Assembly: GCA_951406725.2 (NCBI GenBank)
Contig: OX597821.1
Location: forward strand, 13,454,001 to 13,518,000
DNA from: Octopus vulgaris
Taxonomy: Eukaryota
Length of the DNA: 64,000 bases
Direction: 5' to 3'
In this document: positions 1-14,819 of the stretch, in pieces
Layout: each line of letters opens with the position of its first letter
How positions within the stretch are numbered: position 1 is the first letter of the stretch
The notes under the pieces: generated by a model
Database searches by the model: none
What the model was told of the DNA's origin: nothing
The model's input: only the letters and a program-made list of their open reading frames with translations
Made by a program: the position numbers and the translations under genes

Positions 1-105
1 GTCTGTGGAGTGCTCAGTCACTTACACGTTAATTTCACGAGCAGGCTGTTCCGTTGATTCGGATCAACCGGAACCCTCATCGTCGTAACCGACGAAGTGC
101 TTCCA
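1..105 (+). repeat. Probable 3' tail of an interspersed retroelement cut by the window edge
   Basis: Complex, GC-richer segment unlike its flanks; resembles a recurrent octopus repeat tail from memory only. Confidence 0.3.
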
Positions 106-347
106 CTCCCACAATATTTTTACAGCATTGTATATAGGTGGATATATACAAAACATTAAAATGTTGGGGACAGCGAATATTCGTACAAAACTGCATCAAC
201 AAATCGATACTAGCACTGGACTCGATCGTCAGACTTGTCTCTAACCAATTACAAGGAATGCAAATATGAAGGAGTGGGTTCATATCCGTTTTGTATATAT
301 AGTGAAAGAGACAAACGCACGCATACAAATACACATATATATATAAA

Positions 348-742
348 CTAGCAGTATCGCCCGGCGTTGCTCGGGTTTGTAAGGGAAATAACTATATAAG
401 CATTTTTAGAGATGTAAAGTATAATAGCCATCTCAATATGGCTAACCACAAAGGGGGGTGTTACTGTAGCTTTTTACGTTTTGAGATTTAAAAATAAATC
501 TTTAGAGAGTTACTTCCCTTATATATGCCAAAAATGCATTAAAAATGGGAAAAATTGATGGTAATTTTTTTTTTTAATCGTAGACTCATCGTAGACGCGC
601 GCTAATACCCAGAAGGGCTCGATATGAATCACGACTATAAGATACCCGGTTTTGGTTACACTGCACCGCAAAATGTGGGAGTAGTTAGGAATCTAAATCG
701 TAGGAGACAGACAGCACACAACCTCAATTTTATATATAAAGA
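348..742 (-). mobile_element. Non-autonomous Helitron, copy 1
   Basis: Minus strand starts TC (TCTTTATATATAAAA) and ends with hairpin CCCGAGCAACGCCGGG then CTAG; inserted between A and T with no TSD; near-identical copy at 59229-59624. Confidence 0.85.
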
Positions 743-934
743 TGTGCGTGCGTGTGTGTCCATGTCTATGTATGTTATCGTCTGTACGTTTGTGTTCGTA
801 GATATGTCTGTATGCGTGCTTATATGTATGTACCTGTCTATTTCTAGTTATTTGCGGATTTCCTGTAAGGAAAAATAAGGAGTAAGATCCAAAGTTCCGT
901 TGTTGGAATGTTCATAACAAAAACAATGTTACAT

Positions 935-1110
935 TTCGAACTGAGAAGTGTCTTGTATATTTTTATTGTTCCCCTCACAGACTGTGTTTGCAACGAACGT
1001 GTTAGTTGGTTGATTTCTTTTTCTGAAAAACTTAACCTTTCTAGAATGCCTTTATTCATAAAGTCAAGAGTACCTCTTATTATTGGTATAAATGTGAGTT
1101 TATAATCTGA
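935..1110 (-). pseudogene. C-terminal fragment of an RLE-type (R4/Dong/CRE-like) non-LTR ORF
   Basis: FIPIIRGTLD...LERLSFSEKEINQLTRSLQTQSVRGTIKIYKT resembles the PIIIGALG...LQ...GT C-terminus of RLE retrotransposons. Confidence 0.5.
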
Positions 1111-1129
1111 GTATGCCTGTATTGATGTC

Positions 1130-1310
1130 AAATTTTGGCACAAGACCTGTAATTTCATCCCCAGGGTTCAACTGGTACTTATTTTATCGATCCCGAAAAG
1201 ATAAAAAGCAAAATCGACCCCAGCGCAGTTTGAACTCAGCACGTAACGATGGGTCAAACGCCACTAAGTATTTTGCCCGGTGTGCTAACGCTTCTGTCAC
1301 CTCGCCGCCT
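1130..1310 (-). mobile_element. SINE family B, diverged copy
   Basis: Reverse complement of the GGCGGCGAG head, GAGTTCAAA B-box and conserved core seen in other copies. Confidence 0.75.
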
Positions 1311-1451
1311 TGTTTACTCTAAATATTTTAGATAATTTGACTTTTTAATTTGAATATTTGTCACTTAACGTAGTTCTGAGACAGTTTGTGGTGTTAATTC
1401 CTCGTGTGTATGTCTATGTGTTTCTTCGTGTCTCTGTGTTCGTGTATGTAT

Positions 1452-1858
1452 ACTCTTTTACTCTTTTACTTGTTTCAGTCATTTGACTGCGGCCATGCTG
1501 GAGCACCGCCTTTAGTCGAGCAACTCGACCCCGGCACTTATTCTTTGTAAGGCCTGTACTTATTCTATCGGTCTCTTTTGCCGAACGTTAAGTGACGGGG
1601 ACATAAGCACACCAGCATCGGTTGTCAAGCAATGCTAGGGGGACAAACACAGACATACAAACACACACACATACATATATATATATATACATATATGCGA
1701 CGGGCTTCTTTCAGTTTCCATCTACCAAATCCACACATAAGGCATTGGTCGGCCCGAGCCTATAGTAGAAGACACTTGCCCAAGGTGCCACGCAGTGGGA
1801 CTGAACCCGGAACCATGTGGTTGGTAAACAAGGTACTTACCACACAGCCACTCCTGCG
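1452..1858 (-). mobile_element. SINE family A (tRNA head, internal (TA)/(TG) tract, CR1-like tail)
   Basis: Near full length; head GGAGTGGCTGTGTGGTAAG...GGTTCAGTCCC; tail CAGCATGGCCGCAGTCAAATGACTGAAACAAGTAAAAGA; about ten or more homologues in window. Confidence 0.9.
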
Positions 1859-2124
1859 ACTGTATGTATATATAAAAAATATATGATGCATCTGTGTTTA
1901 TATATGTCTGTATATTTGTACTTGTGTCCTTTTTAAAACTTGTAAATCTACAGATTTCAGGTCAGAAAGCATGTGTAGACTTGTGTGTGTGTGTTTGTGC
2001 GCATGTAACCTTGTGTGCGTATGTGTGAGAGTACCTGTCTTCCCCAATTTTTTTGTATAGTTTTGCACTGTTGTCGGTCATTCAAGTGTGGCCACGCTGG
2101 AGCACATCCTTGTTACGTATAAAC

Positions 2125-2454
2125 TAGGGTTTCTCAACTATTTTTTTAATCTATGGACCCCTATTTTATTCTTGTGGATTCCCATAACCATTCGATGTAT
2201 AAACACTAGTTTTATAGAAAACTTTTTTCAAAATTTCCAATTTGTTTATCGCACATTAACTTGTGTACGTTGAGCCATGTAAAATGTTAGAAAAAGAAAT
2301 TTAGCTGTTTCTTGCAATACATACATCAAAGGCAAAATATTTTCTGGTGCCCTCAAAAACTATTGTGGAGCCACAATCCCCTATTGCTGCGTGGACCCCG
2401 CAAAATATTATATGGACTCTCAGAGGCCATATGGACACCAGTTGAGAACCACTG
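2125..2454. mobile_element. hAT (Charlie-like) MITE
   Basis: TIRs TAGGGTTTCTCAAC / GTTGAGAACCACTG; degenerate 8-bp TSD GTATAAAC / TTATAGAC; subterminal GGACCCC motifs. Confidence 0.7.
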
Positions 2455-2915
2455 TTATAGACGATTGCATCACCTCGTGCTTACTTTAATCAATTTCAGA
2501 AAGTCGGAAGGCAAAGTAAGGAAACCGAACAGGTTGCCGTGCGTTATTTAGTCGGACGTTTTTCGTGTTCTGGGTTCAGAATCTGACGTAACCTATGTGG
2601 GCTTAACTCGTTGCCCGGTGTAACACTACCACGAGGCACATTAGAAATCTTGAGCAGACACAATTCCGCTGCAAGAATACGGACCAGACTCCCGTTTTGA
2701 GGATGTTTTTTTTTTCTCCCCATTTCCAATTGTTTTCAAGGCTCTATCGAAAGGTTATGCGCAGCGACATAGCAAGGATTTACAACTGCGGGTGGATAGG
2801 TAGACTCTTTTGATACCCTTATGTTAACCAAGAAGCATGTTGGACCAGAGGAAATTTTGAACCCTTCACACATGTACGTGTGCAACAATTTCCTTTTCGA
2901 GCCCCTCCTATGCTT

Positions 2916-2964
<49 letters not shown>

Positions 2965-2966
<2 letters not shown>

Positions 2967-3170
2967 TTCGGCAGAATCGTTAGCATGCCGAACAAAATAC
3001 TGTGTGGCATTTCGTGCGTCTTTACGTACTGAGTTCGAATTTCGCTGAGGTTGACGACTTTGCTTTTTTATCCATTCGAGATTGATGAGTACCAGTTGAG
3101 CACTGGAGTTGATGTAATTGACTTACACACTCACCACGATATTGCTGGTCTTGGGCCAAAATTTGAAATC
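2965..3170 (+). mobile_element. SINE family B, old subfamily
   Basis: GGCAGAATCGTTAGCA head, GAGTTCGAAT B-box, core, ...GGCCAAAATTTGAAATC tail. Confidence 0.75.
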
Positions 3171-3229
3171 ATCATCATCATCATCATCATCATCAATATC
3201 TCTCTTTATCACAGGCCTTACGGGAGCGC

Positions 3230-3525
<296 letters not shown>

Positions 3526-3944
3526 TTAAGATGCTGAGAGAACAATTTGAGCGGTGACGACGACGTCGATGATGATGATGAGGAGGAGGATGATGAGGAT
3601 GATGATGATGATGATGATGACAATAACGATGACGACGTTGACGGTATTGATGATGGCGATGACGATAATAATCCTTAAGCTAACGCAGAAAGCGGGAAGC
3701 AAGTTTTGAGCTCATTCTATAATCCGATTAAATGAAGAATAATTCCTGGAAGGATGAAATAGCGTATTGCAGTACAGCGACCAGTGACAAACACAGTAAA
3801 TACGGCAATAGATTGAATTTAATCGATTTTAGATTTTATTGACATACTTTAAAAAAAAATCATCTCATAGATATTAATGGTGATCGAATATTGTAAACAT
3901 TCACTCACTGATAATAAGCATCGATATTATTGAATCATCGATTG

Positions 3945-4276
3945 TACTCTCTTTACTCTTTTAGTTGTTTCAGTCAGTTGACTGCGGCCATGCTGGAGCA
4001 CCGCCTTTAGTCGAGCAAATCGACCCCGGGACTTATTCTTTGTAAGCCCAGTACTTATTATATCGGTTTCTTTTGCCGAACCGCTAAGTGACGGGGACGT
4101 AAACGCACCAGCATCGGTTGTCAAGCAATGCTAGAGGGACAAACACTGACACACAAACATATACACACACACACACACACACACATACATATATACATAT
4201 ACATATATACGACGGGCTTCTTTCAGTTTCCGTCTACCAAATCCACTCACAAGGCTTTGGTCGGCCCGAGGCTATA
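3945..4276 (-). mobile_element. SINE family A, head missing
   Basis: Matches the 1452-1858 copy up to CCCGAGGCTATA. Confidence 0.9.
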
Positions 4277-4362
4277 TTTCCCGGTTTCCCCCACGTTTTT
4301 CCCCCGTCGGGGACCGAAAAGCAGGAGGGCGGCTTATTCACGGGTGCACCGGCAAATACGGT
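4277..4362. mobile_element. Terminal fragment of a Tc2/pogo-like DNA transposon
   Basis: Ends GCGGCTTATTCACGGG...CCGGCAAATACGG-TA, i.e. a TA-CCGTATTT-type TIR; no partner end seen. Confidence 0.4.
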
Positions 4363-6474
4363 AGTTCCCGCCGCGATGATCCTGTATGTTTACTTGATAT
4401 ATTGAGCCTAACGACTATATTATTAAATTTGTGTTTATCATCTAACATGGAAAAGTATGATTTGAGGACGATTTGACTACTATTTTTGTAGTTCGAGTAA
4501 CCATGTTAATATTCTTGTGTTGATTCATTATCACTATTTAGCCTAGGTTGGCGTTGATCCAAGAGACCTCTAATATGAAGTAGCCGAGCCATGATCATTT
4601 CATCTTCATTTCAGGCAGAGTACCTCGGACTATATTATTTAAAGTGATATTTCATTTTGTTTTATGACGAGAAGTGTATGATTTGAAGAGCCCCCTGGTT
4701 TTCTAAGAGGCAGAAATGAAATGGCCGTTTTTGAAATTTTGAGTTCAAATTCCAAAAGTTAAGGACATTATATATTTTATTTTAGAGTGGATCTGTTCAG
4801 TTAACTAAAGAGATTAAGTATCTCATCAACTTTGATTGTCAGACGTCTATCCAAGAATATATTTAATTCATCATTTTTGCGTTACTATCAACTAAATAAG
4901 GAATGGCTTTCAAGCATTCATTAGGGAGTAGAATATATATTTTTTATACTGACGTCTGAAAGGTTGTTACATTGAGATGGCCCTAATAATGTGTGAAATA
5001 CTGGGGAAATACTATTTTCTTTTATTCCCAGCCTCAAGTAATATTTGTTTAGAAGAATTCAGTTTATTGATTTTTCGTTAACTGAACATACGATTGTGAA
5101 TCATATCAGGGAAAATGTAAGGGATAAAAAAGACTATAAGATGAAAAAATAAACACCAACGATCCACAAACGGATCTCAAATTATTGAATGATCCAGATA
5201 TAATTAGTTTAGTCAGAGAGAGAAAAATGTTATTAGTGCAATTAGCCAGTAAAAATGTGTGAACACGAAATATTGATTTTAGGGAGGAAAAAAGAAAGGT
5301 TGTGAGGAGAAAGTTTTCTTATAAAATTAAGGCAATGAAGAATATTTGTAATTTCAAAGAAGAAAATTAGAAGAACTACTGTCGTTTTAGACCTAGAGTA
5401 GAAGAAGAAGAACCAGTAAACGAGTTAGAAGTATGTAAGAGAAAAATATCAAAACGTACAATAGTTTGAGTTATCCTAATTTCCTGACGGCCATTTTCAT
5501 AATAACAATATACGAATCTGTGATTGATTTTATTCAGTGTCAAGTTTAGTAAGAGCAATAACCAGAATAAGTGTTGTTGTTGCTGCTGCTGCTGCTGCTG
5601 TTGTTGTTGTTGTTGTTTTAGCCCTTAGTTTGTTCTGTTCGTACTGAGATATGATAAAAGAAGCGAAATCGGTAATTCTGCTTCGTTTTACTTGTCTATA
5701 TTTTGTGAAAAGCCTTTGTACGGCCACTTTATACAACATACCCTTCGATTGTTTTACGATCATTTGAAGATATTACTGCTATTTCTAGTAATAGTTATTC
5801 ATTAAACAACATTCTAGCAGCTATGAAAATATTCATATCGGTAGACAAAATGCACGAGATGCCTTCTCTCTTTAAAACAACCACCGCAATTAGTAGCGAT
5901 GAAAATCTTAATAAACTATATATAGTCGTCTACTTTAACCCACGACTGAAAAAGGGAACGTAGGCTGAGGCAGTCAGTGCTCTGTTCGATGTATCAGAGA
6001 ATTTATTAGAGATGGAAAGAAGAAATTGGGAAGGAGGAAGTTTAGAATGAGGTAATTAGATGAGATTTCTAAAAGTTAGTCATTAGAGAAAATCTGGTGA
6101 TTAGATGAGACGGTGGCTGACGTTTCAGAACACACCTACAAGACAAAATTTATTATAAATCAGGTGTAATAAAGATGTTGATGGAGAAGAAATAGAGTGC
6201 GACAATGATACGATAGCAATGATGAAGACGAAATGAGAACGGCGACGAGAATGGTGATGAAGTTTATGATGAGGACACGTCGGAAATGCGAGATAATGGT
6301 GACGACAGAAAAATATTTCTAATGGTTACGTTGACGACGGTGATGGCGATGAAAACGATCATGATCATGATGATGTGATGGTGGTGGTGGTGATGATGAC
6401 GATGACAATGAAGATGATGATGGTAATGATGATGATGATGACGTCGAAAACGACGGCGATGGAGATGATGATGA

Positions 6475-6623
6475 GAAGAAGAAGAAGAAGAAGAAGAAGA
6501 AGAAGAAGAAGAAGAAGACGAAGAGGAAGAAGAAGAAGAAGAAGAAGAAGAAGAAGAAGAAGAAGAAGAAGAAGAAGAAGAAGAAGAAGAAGAAGAAGAA
6601 GAAGAAGAAGAAGAAGAAGAAGA
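6475..6623. repeat. (GAA)n microsatellite
   Basis: Direct inspection; source of the poly-R and poly-F ORFs. Confidence 0.95.
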
Positions 6624-6979
6624 CAGGGAGGTGAAGGCTACTTCTGTACTTCATGGACTTCATCATCATCATCATCATTGATGTATAGAGTCCGGATCAC
6701 CTTGCTGGCTCGCAATAATAGTCAGACATTGCCCGCAGTATACAACAGAATTCTACGTGTAGCAAGAGACCTTAGCTTTTGTTTTTTTGGGGTTTTTTTC
6801 GTGTATACCTACACTCTCAGCCAACATTAAACGATATTTTGAAAATCATCCCAAATTTTAAAAACTAACTGTGAGGATATTTAATACACACACACACACT
6901 CATGCACACGCACACGCAGAGACACACACTCACGATACTGTAAATAAAACAAATTAGGAGAGGCTGTTTATGTAGTATT

Positions 6980-7179
6980 TACTCCTTTACTCTTTTACTT
7001 GTTTCGATCAAATCGACCCCAGAACTTATTCTTTGTAAGCCTAGTACTTATTCTATCGATCACTTTTGTCCAACCACTAAGTTACGAGGACGTAACCACA
7101 CCAGCATCAGTTGTCAAGCGATATTGGGGGGTGAACAAACACTGACACACAAACATATAGTCACACACACACACATATA

Positions 7180-7235
<56 letters not shown>

Positions 7236-7378
7236 GATATATTCGACGGGCTTCTTTCAGTTTCCGTCTACCAAATCCACTCACAAGGCTTTGGTCGGCC
7301 CAAGGTGCCACGCAGTGGGACTGAACCCAAGGACACACGGTTGGGAAGAAAGCTACTTACCACACAGCCACTCCAGTG
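6980..7378 (-). mobile_element. SINE family A with internal deletions
   Basis: Homology to other family A copies. Confidence 0.85.
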
Positions 7379-7563
7379 CATATTTAGTCAGTATATAAAC
7401 AAAATATCTTATTTTGCTTTGCTTTCTTAATGCACTCTGTGACCGACACAAACGTTGGCTCCATCCAGATGAAATTCAGACAATGATTACAGGTCTCCTG
7501 GAAACTTCCCTCACAGGAATACACGTTGTGTTCTAAAGAGTGGGTATTATAATTGCACACAGA

Positions 7564-7601
<38 letters not shown>

Positions 7602-7655
7602 GACACACACACGCACGCATACACACACGTATATGTACACATATATATATACATA

Positions 7656-7713
<58 letters not shown>

Positions 7714-7743
7714 CATATATATACATATATGTACATGTGTATG

Positions 7744-7789
<46 letters not shown>

Positions 7790-7859
7790 CTTATGTATAT
7801 ATCTATATATATATATATATGCATATATATACATATATGTACACGTGTATGTATGTATG

Positions 7860-7902
<43 letters not shown>

Positions 7903-8695
7903 GCGCACACACACACATACGCACATATATATGTATATGCAAACACGTGCGGGCGCATATACCTATAAATATACGTATAATAATGCGCATATATAATTAG
8001 AACGTGAGTGGCGTTCGCTTAGGGAATTTGTTGCAGCGACCAAGTCTCCCCCTATATACCTTGTGTGTAAAAACACCTGAGCGCGAAGTGTTTGTGTGTG
8101 TGTCTGTGTGTGTGTGTGTTAACATAAATTCTCATACTTTTGTGTGTGTGTTTGTGTGTGTGTGTATGTGTAAATACAATAATAAGCCTTCACCTTATGT
8201 TCAATATAGAACATAGTTTTATATTACGGTTTTTCTTAGCGTTTACTTCTTTCAGTCATTTAGACTGCGGCCATGCTGGAGCAACGTATAAATTCCGTAA
8301 CGGAAGAAGATGGGCGAAAGTACGCGTGGGTTTATACATCACGTTACGGAGTTTATATGTTTTAATATTAAAATAATTTCTATAGCGAATATACGATGAA
8401 GACATATTTCTATTTACAAAATTTCAATCGCCACCTAATTCACGCACACGCTCACACACACACACACACGCACACACACACACACGCAGAGTTTTGTGTG
8501 TCACATAGCTAGCTAGAGGCGATGGCCTCTTGGAACTAATCAACGGCAGCATTCGTCCTATTATTTTGGACTGCCATGTTAGCTTGGCGATAACTATTAA
8601 TATCCAGTACCGCTGACGAAATCTCCTTTAGAGGCAATTAGAAATAATGATATATGTATGTGTGTGTAAATATATATATACATATATAAATTGCA

Positions 8696-9041
8696 GGCGC
8701 AGGAGTGGCTGTGTGGTAAGTAGCTTGTTTACCAACCACATGGTCCCGGGTACAGTCACTACGTGGCACCTTGGGCAAGTGTTTTCTACTATAGCCTCGG
8801 GCCGACCAAAGCCTTTTAAGTGTATATGGTAGACGGAAACTGAAAGAAGCCCGACGTATATATATGCGTGTGTGTGTTTGTCCCCCTAGCATTGCATGAC
8901 AACCGATGCTGGTGTTTTTATGTCCCCGTTACATAGCGGTTCGGCAAAAGAGACCGATAGAATAAGTACTGGGGTCAGGTTGCTCGATTAAAGGCGGTGC
9001 TCCAGCATGGCCGCGGTCAAATGACTGAAACAAGTAAAAGA

Positions 9042-9043
<2 letters not shown>
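8696..9043 (+). mobile_element. SINE family A
   Basis: GGCGCAGGAGTGGCTGTGTGGTAAG head through ...GAAACAAGTAAAAGAGT tail. Confidence 0.9.
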
Positions 9044-9102
<59 letters not shown>

Positions 9103-9163
9103 AGTATCTATAAGTTCTAATGTATGTGTATGTATATAAGTAGGAGAATGTATGTATAAATAT

Positions 9164-10168
<1,005 letters not shown>

Positions 10169-10170
10169 TG

Positions 10171-10203
<33 letters not shown>

Positions 10204-10856
10204 TTTACAGGTATGTATGTCAGTGTTTAAATTAGTATTGTTGTCATACATATATAAATATATAAATGACGCTGAAGATAAATAGAAAACAGCGATGTTT
10301 CTATTATTGGTCATTGATTATTAACATATTTATCATCATCACCAGTGGCGGTGGTGGCGGCGGTGGTGGCGGCGGTGGTGGTGGTGATGGTGGTGGTATC
10401 TGTTGTGTCAGTAAACGTGTTTGTACATATGTCTGTTGAATTCCTATGACTACCAAGAAGTTGGTGATAACAATAAGCAGCAATTTATAGTTCGTATTTA
10501 AACATACTAGTGTATGTGTGTGTGTGTGTGTTTGCGTTTGTGTATGTTTGTGTTTATGTGTGTATATGTGAGTGTGAAGGTGAATATTCATATGCGCATA
10601 CAATTATTTCATGTGTGTGTATGTGTGCATGTGTTCCACATCTATGTGAATGTAGTATACATATATATACACGTATATGTATACATCTTAGTATGTCTAT
10701 ATACCTGTGTGTGTGTATATATATATATATACATGTATATATACGTATGTATTTTTATATATATATTTATATATATTTTATGTATATATTTTTTATATAT
10801 TCTTTTTCTCTCCTTTTTTTCTCTCCTTGTTTTTCTCCTTGTTTTTTCTGTGTCCC

Positions 10857-10890
10857 TTTCTGTAGAAGAGCGTAGGCTCGAAACGTAAAA
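10857..10890 (+). ncRNA. Minimal type I hammerhead-like motif in a (TA)n-flanked unit (about 10780-10985)
   Basis: TTT-CTGTAGA-A-GAGC gtag GCTC-GAA-ACGT-A-AAA; core has A6U deviation; palindromic helix III ACGT. Confidence 0.55.
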
Positions 10891-10994
10891 TACTTTTTCT
10901 ATTCCTGAGCGTTATACTAATACAACTGTTTGTTTTGTACACCACCTGTCTTCGTCTTTTGTTTTTTTCCATAAACTCTCCCTATATATATATA

Positions 10995-11052
<58 letters not shown>

Positions 11053-11123
11053 GTATATGTATATATATACATATTTGTGAATGTTTATATATACACATAC
11101 GCACGCATCTTCACACACACACA

Positions 11124-11169
<46 letters not shown>

Positions 11170-11429
11170 GATTTCTATTTATCCATCTATCTTACTCTCA
11201 TAGACCTGTGTGTTAGTGTATTGCCTCAAGAAGTCTGAAAACTTTTTCAAAGGCGAATATAACTTTTTTATCAACCAACATTTGTCCTTCAATTTTCACA
11301 ATTTGGCGGCCTAACTCTTCTATACAAAATAACTGTTTAGCATAAATCTTCATCACATGCGACGTATTTGCAACAGCATTGAGCTCAGCTATGGAATTCT
11401 CTTTGATAATAAGAAATAAAAACACCAGA

Positions 11430-12138
11430 TGCTCACTATTGAAACCACTTCTTCAAGGCTATTTACTTGTACCTCATGAAAGTCCCGCAGATTATCCTCG
11501 TTCATAGGACTAAATAGGTGAGCAAGAAAACTGCGGCAAAGCTGTGTGTCAGAGGTGTCAGACGTGACATGCAGACCATCATATAACATTTTTTTAAAAT
11601 TCTTTTCCTCCGTATTATTTTGACAAGCACATTGCGTTCTTATTCTTCTCTTCCGTTTTACGAGTTTTTTTTGTGCACATGCGCATTGCGTGTTCATGCT
11701 TCCCTTTCCGGTTCCAATTCAAAACTGCTTGCAGATCATAGCAATCTCACGAACGTGCATTCTTAAGAAGGGCTTCGCGCACCAACGGTTGTGAAAAACT
11801 GGAAGGCGCCTGATCTGGATTGTATTTTCCATAGGAGACTAACGACCAGCTACGAGCTCGATTTCTCAATTGCCTGATTTGTTTGCAAAGTTGTGTGTGG
11901 TCGTATGTTATCATATTGAATGAGGATCGGTTCCAGCTTGCTTGAAATCATTCTTCTATGGTTCTTCTAAGCATTTTGAGTATCTCAGTGTACAGCTCGC
12001 TGTTGATGGTTCAGCTGAACACGTTCCAGAAAATCAAGAAGACTCACGACTTTGTCATCTCGTAAAACAGTCACCAAGACTTTCTATGCCGATCAGTGAT
12101 ATTTGAAATTATTCCGCTTTCGAGACGATGTGTGATGT
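11430..12138 (-). pseudogene. Degenerate mariner transposase relic
   Basis: Minus-strand translation HHTSS...KVLVTV...LLDFLER...TINSELYTEILK...ILIQYDNIRPHT (HDNARPH-like) ...HLFSPM; many stops and frameshifts. Confidence 0.65.
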
Positions 12139-12295
12139 CACGTTAAATGTGCGTGTGTGTATGTGTGTATCTGCGTCTGTGTGTGCATGCGTGTTCGTGC
12201 GTGTACATGCACAAAGAGGTTTATTATTCAACTCACACCTATTTTGACACTGATAACACACACTATGCACACACATAAATAGATATACTGTTTAG

Positions 12296-12479
12296 TCTTT
12301 TTTACTTGTTTCAGTCATTTGACTGTGGCCATGTTGGAACACCGCTTTTAGTCGAGCAAATCGACCCCAGGACTTATTCTTTGTAAGCCTACTACTTATT
12401 CTATCGGTCACTTTTGCCGTAAACACACCAGCATCGGTTGTCAAGCGATGTTGGGGGACAAACACAGACACACAAACAT

Positions 12480-12480
<1 letters not shown>
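12296..12480 (-). mobile_element. SINE family A, 3' half
   Basis: Tail and body homology to family A. Confidence 0.85.
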
Positions 12481-12512
<32 letters not shown>

Positions 12513-12652
12513 CATATATATATATTAATCAGCCGAAATTACTACGATGATCCGGTTCTTGACTGAAGACTGAGGGTTTCGAATGTCTTGTCCGTGTTTA
12601 TTGTATCGTCTTCTAAGAGTTATACGTTCTTGTCCATGTTGTATTTTTCTAC

Positions 12653-12705
<53 letters not shown>

Positions 12706-12792
12706 GCATACACACACACACACACATGCACATACATGCAAATAGATATATAAATATACAAGTATATGCGGATATATATATATATGTATGTG

Positions 12793-12826
<34 letters not shown>

Positions 12827-13203
12827 TATCTTTCCGAACCAGCTGATTCTCCAGTTTTTATCATCGTCTGTGGTTTTGGGTTTTCTTTCTATCTTTTCTT
12901 TTTTTTTTTTTTTTTATCCTGTTGTTTTGAACTTCTACTCGAAAGTTCTTCGACATTTTCTGAACAGTCGACGGAATTGACCGGGGAACGGATTATTTTA
13001 GATAAGCTAACATTTGCAATCTGAAAGAAACTGTTGATCCGAAATAGTAACTAGCGGGAGGTGCCGGGTGGAAGGGGGAGAGGAGAGCATACGATGACCT
13101 ACATATACGAACGCACACGTACACTAACGCACGTATACATTGGTATATGTATATATATATTTTTATATATGTTTATGTATATATATGTTTATATATATTT
13201 TTG

Positions 13204-13255
<52 letters not shown>

Positions 13256-13556
13256 CATATATATACATATATATGTGTACACATACACACGCAAAGACAC
13301 ACCTATATGTTGTGATTATATATGGAAATACATTATAAATGATTATGAAGATAAAGGAAAAACACACTACTGTAGTTTTATTGATTTTTTATGATCATTA
13401 CTAATACTGTTATTACTTCTGTTATTATTATTATTATTATCATTATTATTATTGTTGTTGTTGTTGTTGTTGTTGTTGCTGTCGCTGTTGTTGTTGTTAT
13501 TATTATTATGATTGTTGTTGTTGTTGTTATTATTATTATTGTTATTATTATTATTA

Positions 13557-13633
<77 letters not shown>

Positions 13634-13893
13634 GTTGTTGTTGTTGTTGTTGTTGTTGTTATTATTAGCACTCCCTGCTGCGTCTATATACGTGACCATA
13701 CATATGATTTTCTTGAAATTCTATCGATCATTACAATAAGTAACAATTTATGTATTGTGTGTAAACATATGTGTGCTGTCGGATTATTGTATTTACTCCC
13801 TGCTGAGTACATGTGCATGTGTACGTGCTTGAAAATGTTAGTATGTGAGTTTATAAGCATCCAGCATACACTCAGACAAACACATGACATTGC

Positions 13894-13935
<42 letters not shown>

Positions 13936-14387
13936 TTTGATAAAGAAGAAAATGGAAAGTTTTAACAGATAATCATCAATTTATTAACATAGTGTCAATT
14001 TACACTTCCCTACAATTGTTTCCATATCCACTCATATTCAAATTCCAAATTTATAAATTAAAATTGCATTTTAAAAATTGCGAGGAAAATTTATATATAT
14101 ATGAGTGTGTATGTGTGTGTATACACACACACACACACACAGGTTGGGCTTACATATGGCTTCCGTCAGCCAAAGTCATCCTGAAGCCATTTGGTAAGCC
14201 GGGCATTGAACTCTAATCAGGTGGTTGCAAAGTTAGCTTCTTAACCACACCGCTGTGCTTTCGCCTATTTTCATATTTATGTGTGAATATTCATAGCTTA
14301 TCTGTGTATTTATGTGTATATGTATGGAGAATTTACTTGTATGTCTGTGCGTGTAGTTGTGTGCCAATATATGTAAAAGTAATGTAA

Positions 14388-14448
<61 letters not shown>

Positions 14449-14460
14449 CATATATATATA

Positions 14461-14795
14461 GCAAAGTTGAAACACTTCTGTCACAACCTGAGACCTTGAA
14501 GACTACTATAATGCAAGAAAGTATACTAGTCCCTTAATATTTTATATTCAATATTTCATCTATTCAATAAGACAATCAATACTTCATTTCATTTTACTAT
14601 ATATACTATTTATACTATATATTCTATATAGTAATGGAGCTCTTAAGTTAAACTACTGTCCATTACAGGCGTTACTTATAGTAATAGCCCTTGAAATGAT
14701 AATGTATTTTATATTTTTTTTTTAATTATATAAATTGTATTAATTTTTTCCTTGGTTGGTTTTCCATGCTGGCTACTTCATAGATCTTATATAGC
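14461..14795 (+). mobile_element. (TA)n-flanked unit with degenerate HHR-like motif (14492-14531), probably Penelope-derived
   Basis: GAC-C-TTGAAGA...GAA-AGTATACT-A-GTC; bounded by (TA)n on both sides. Confidence 0.45.
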
Positions 14796-14819
14796 TTATA
14801 TATATATATACACACACAA

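Noticed and set aside
4700-6190. Purine-rich stretch that may be a decayed LINE ORF
   Set aside because: No diagnostic motif recoverable by eye
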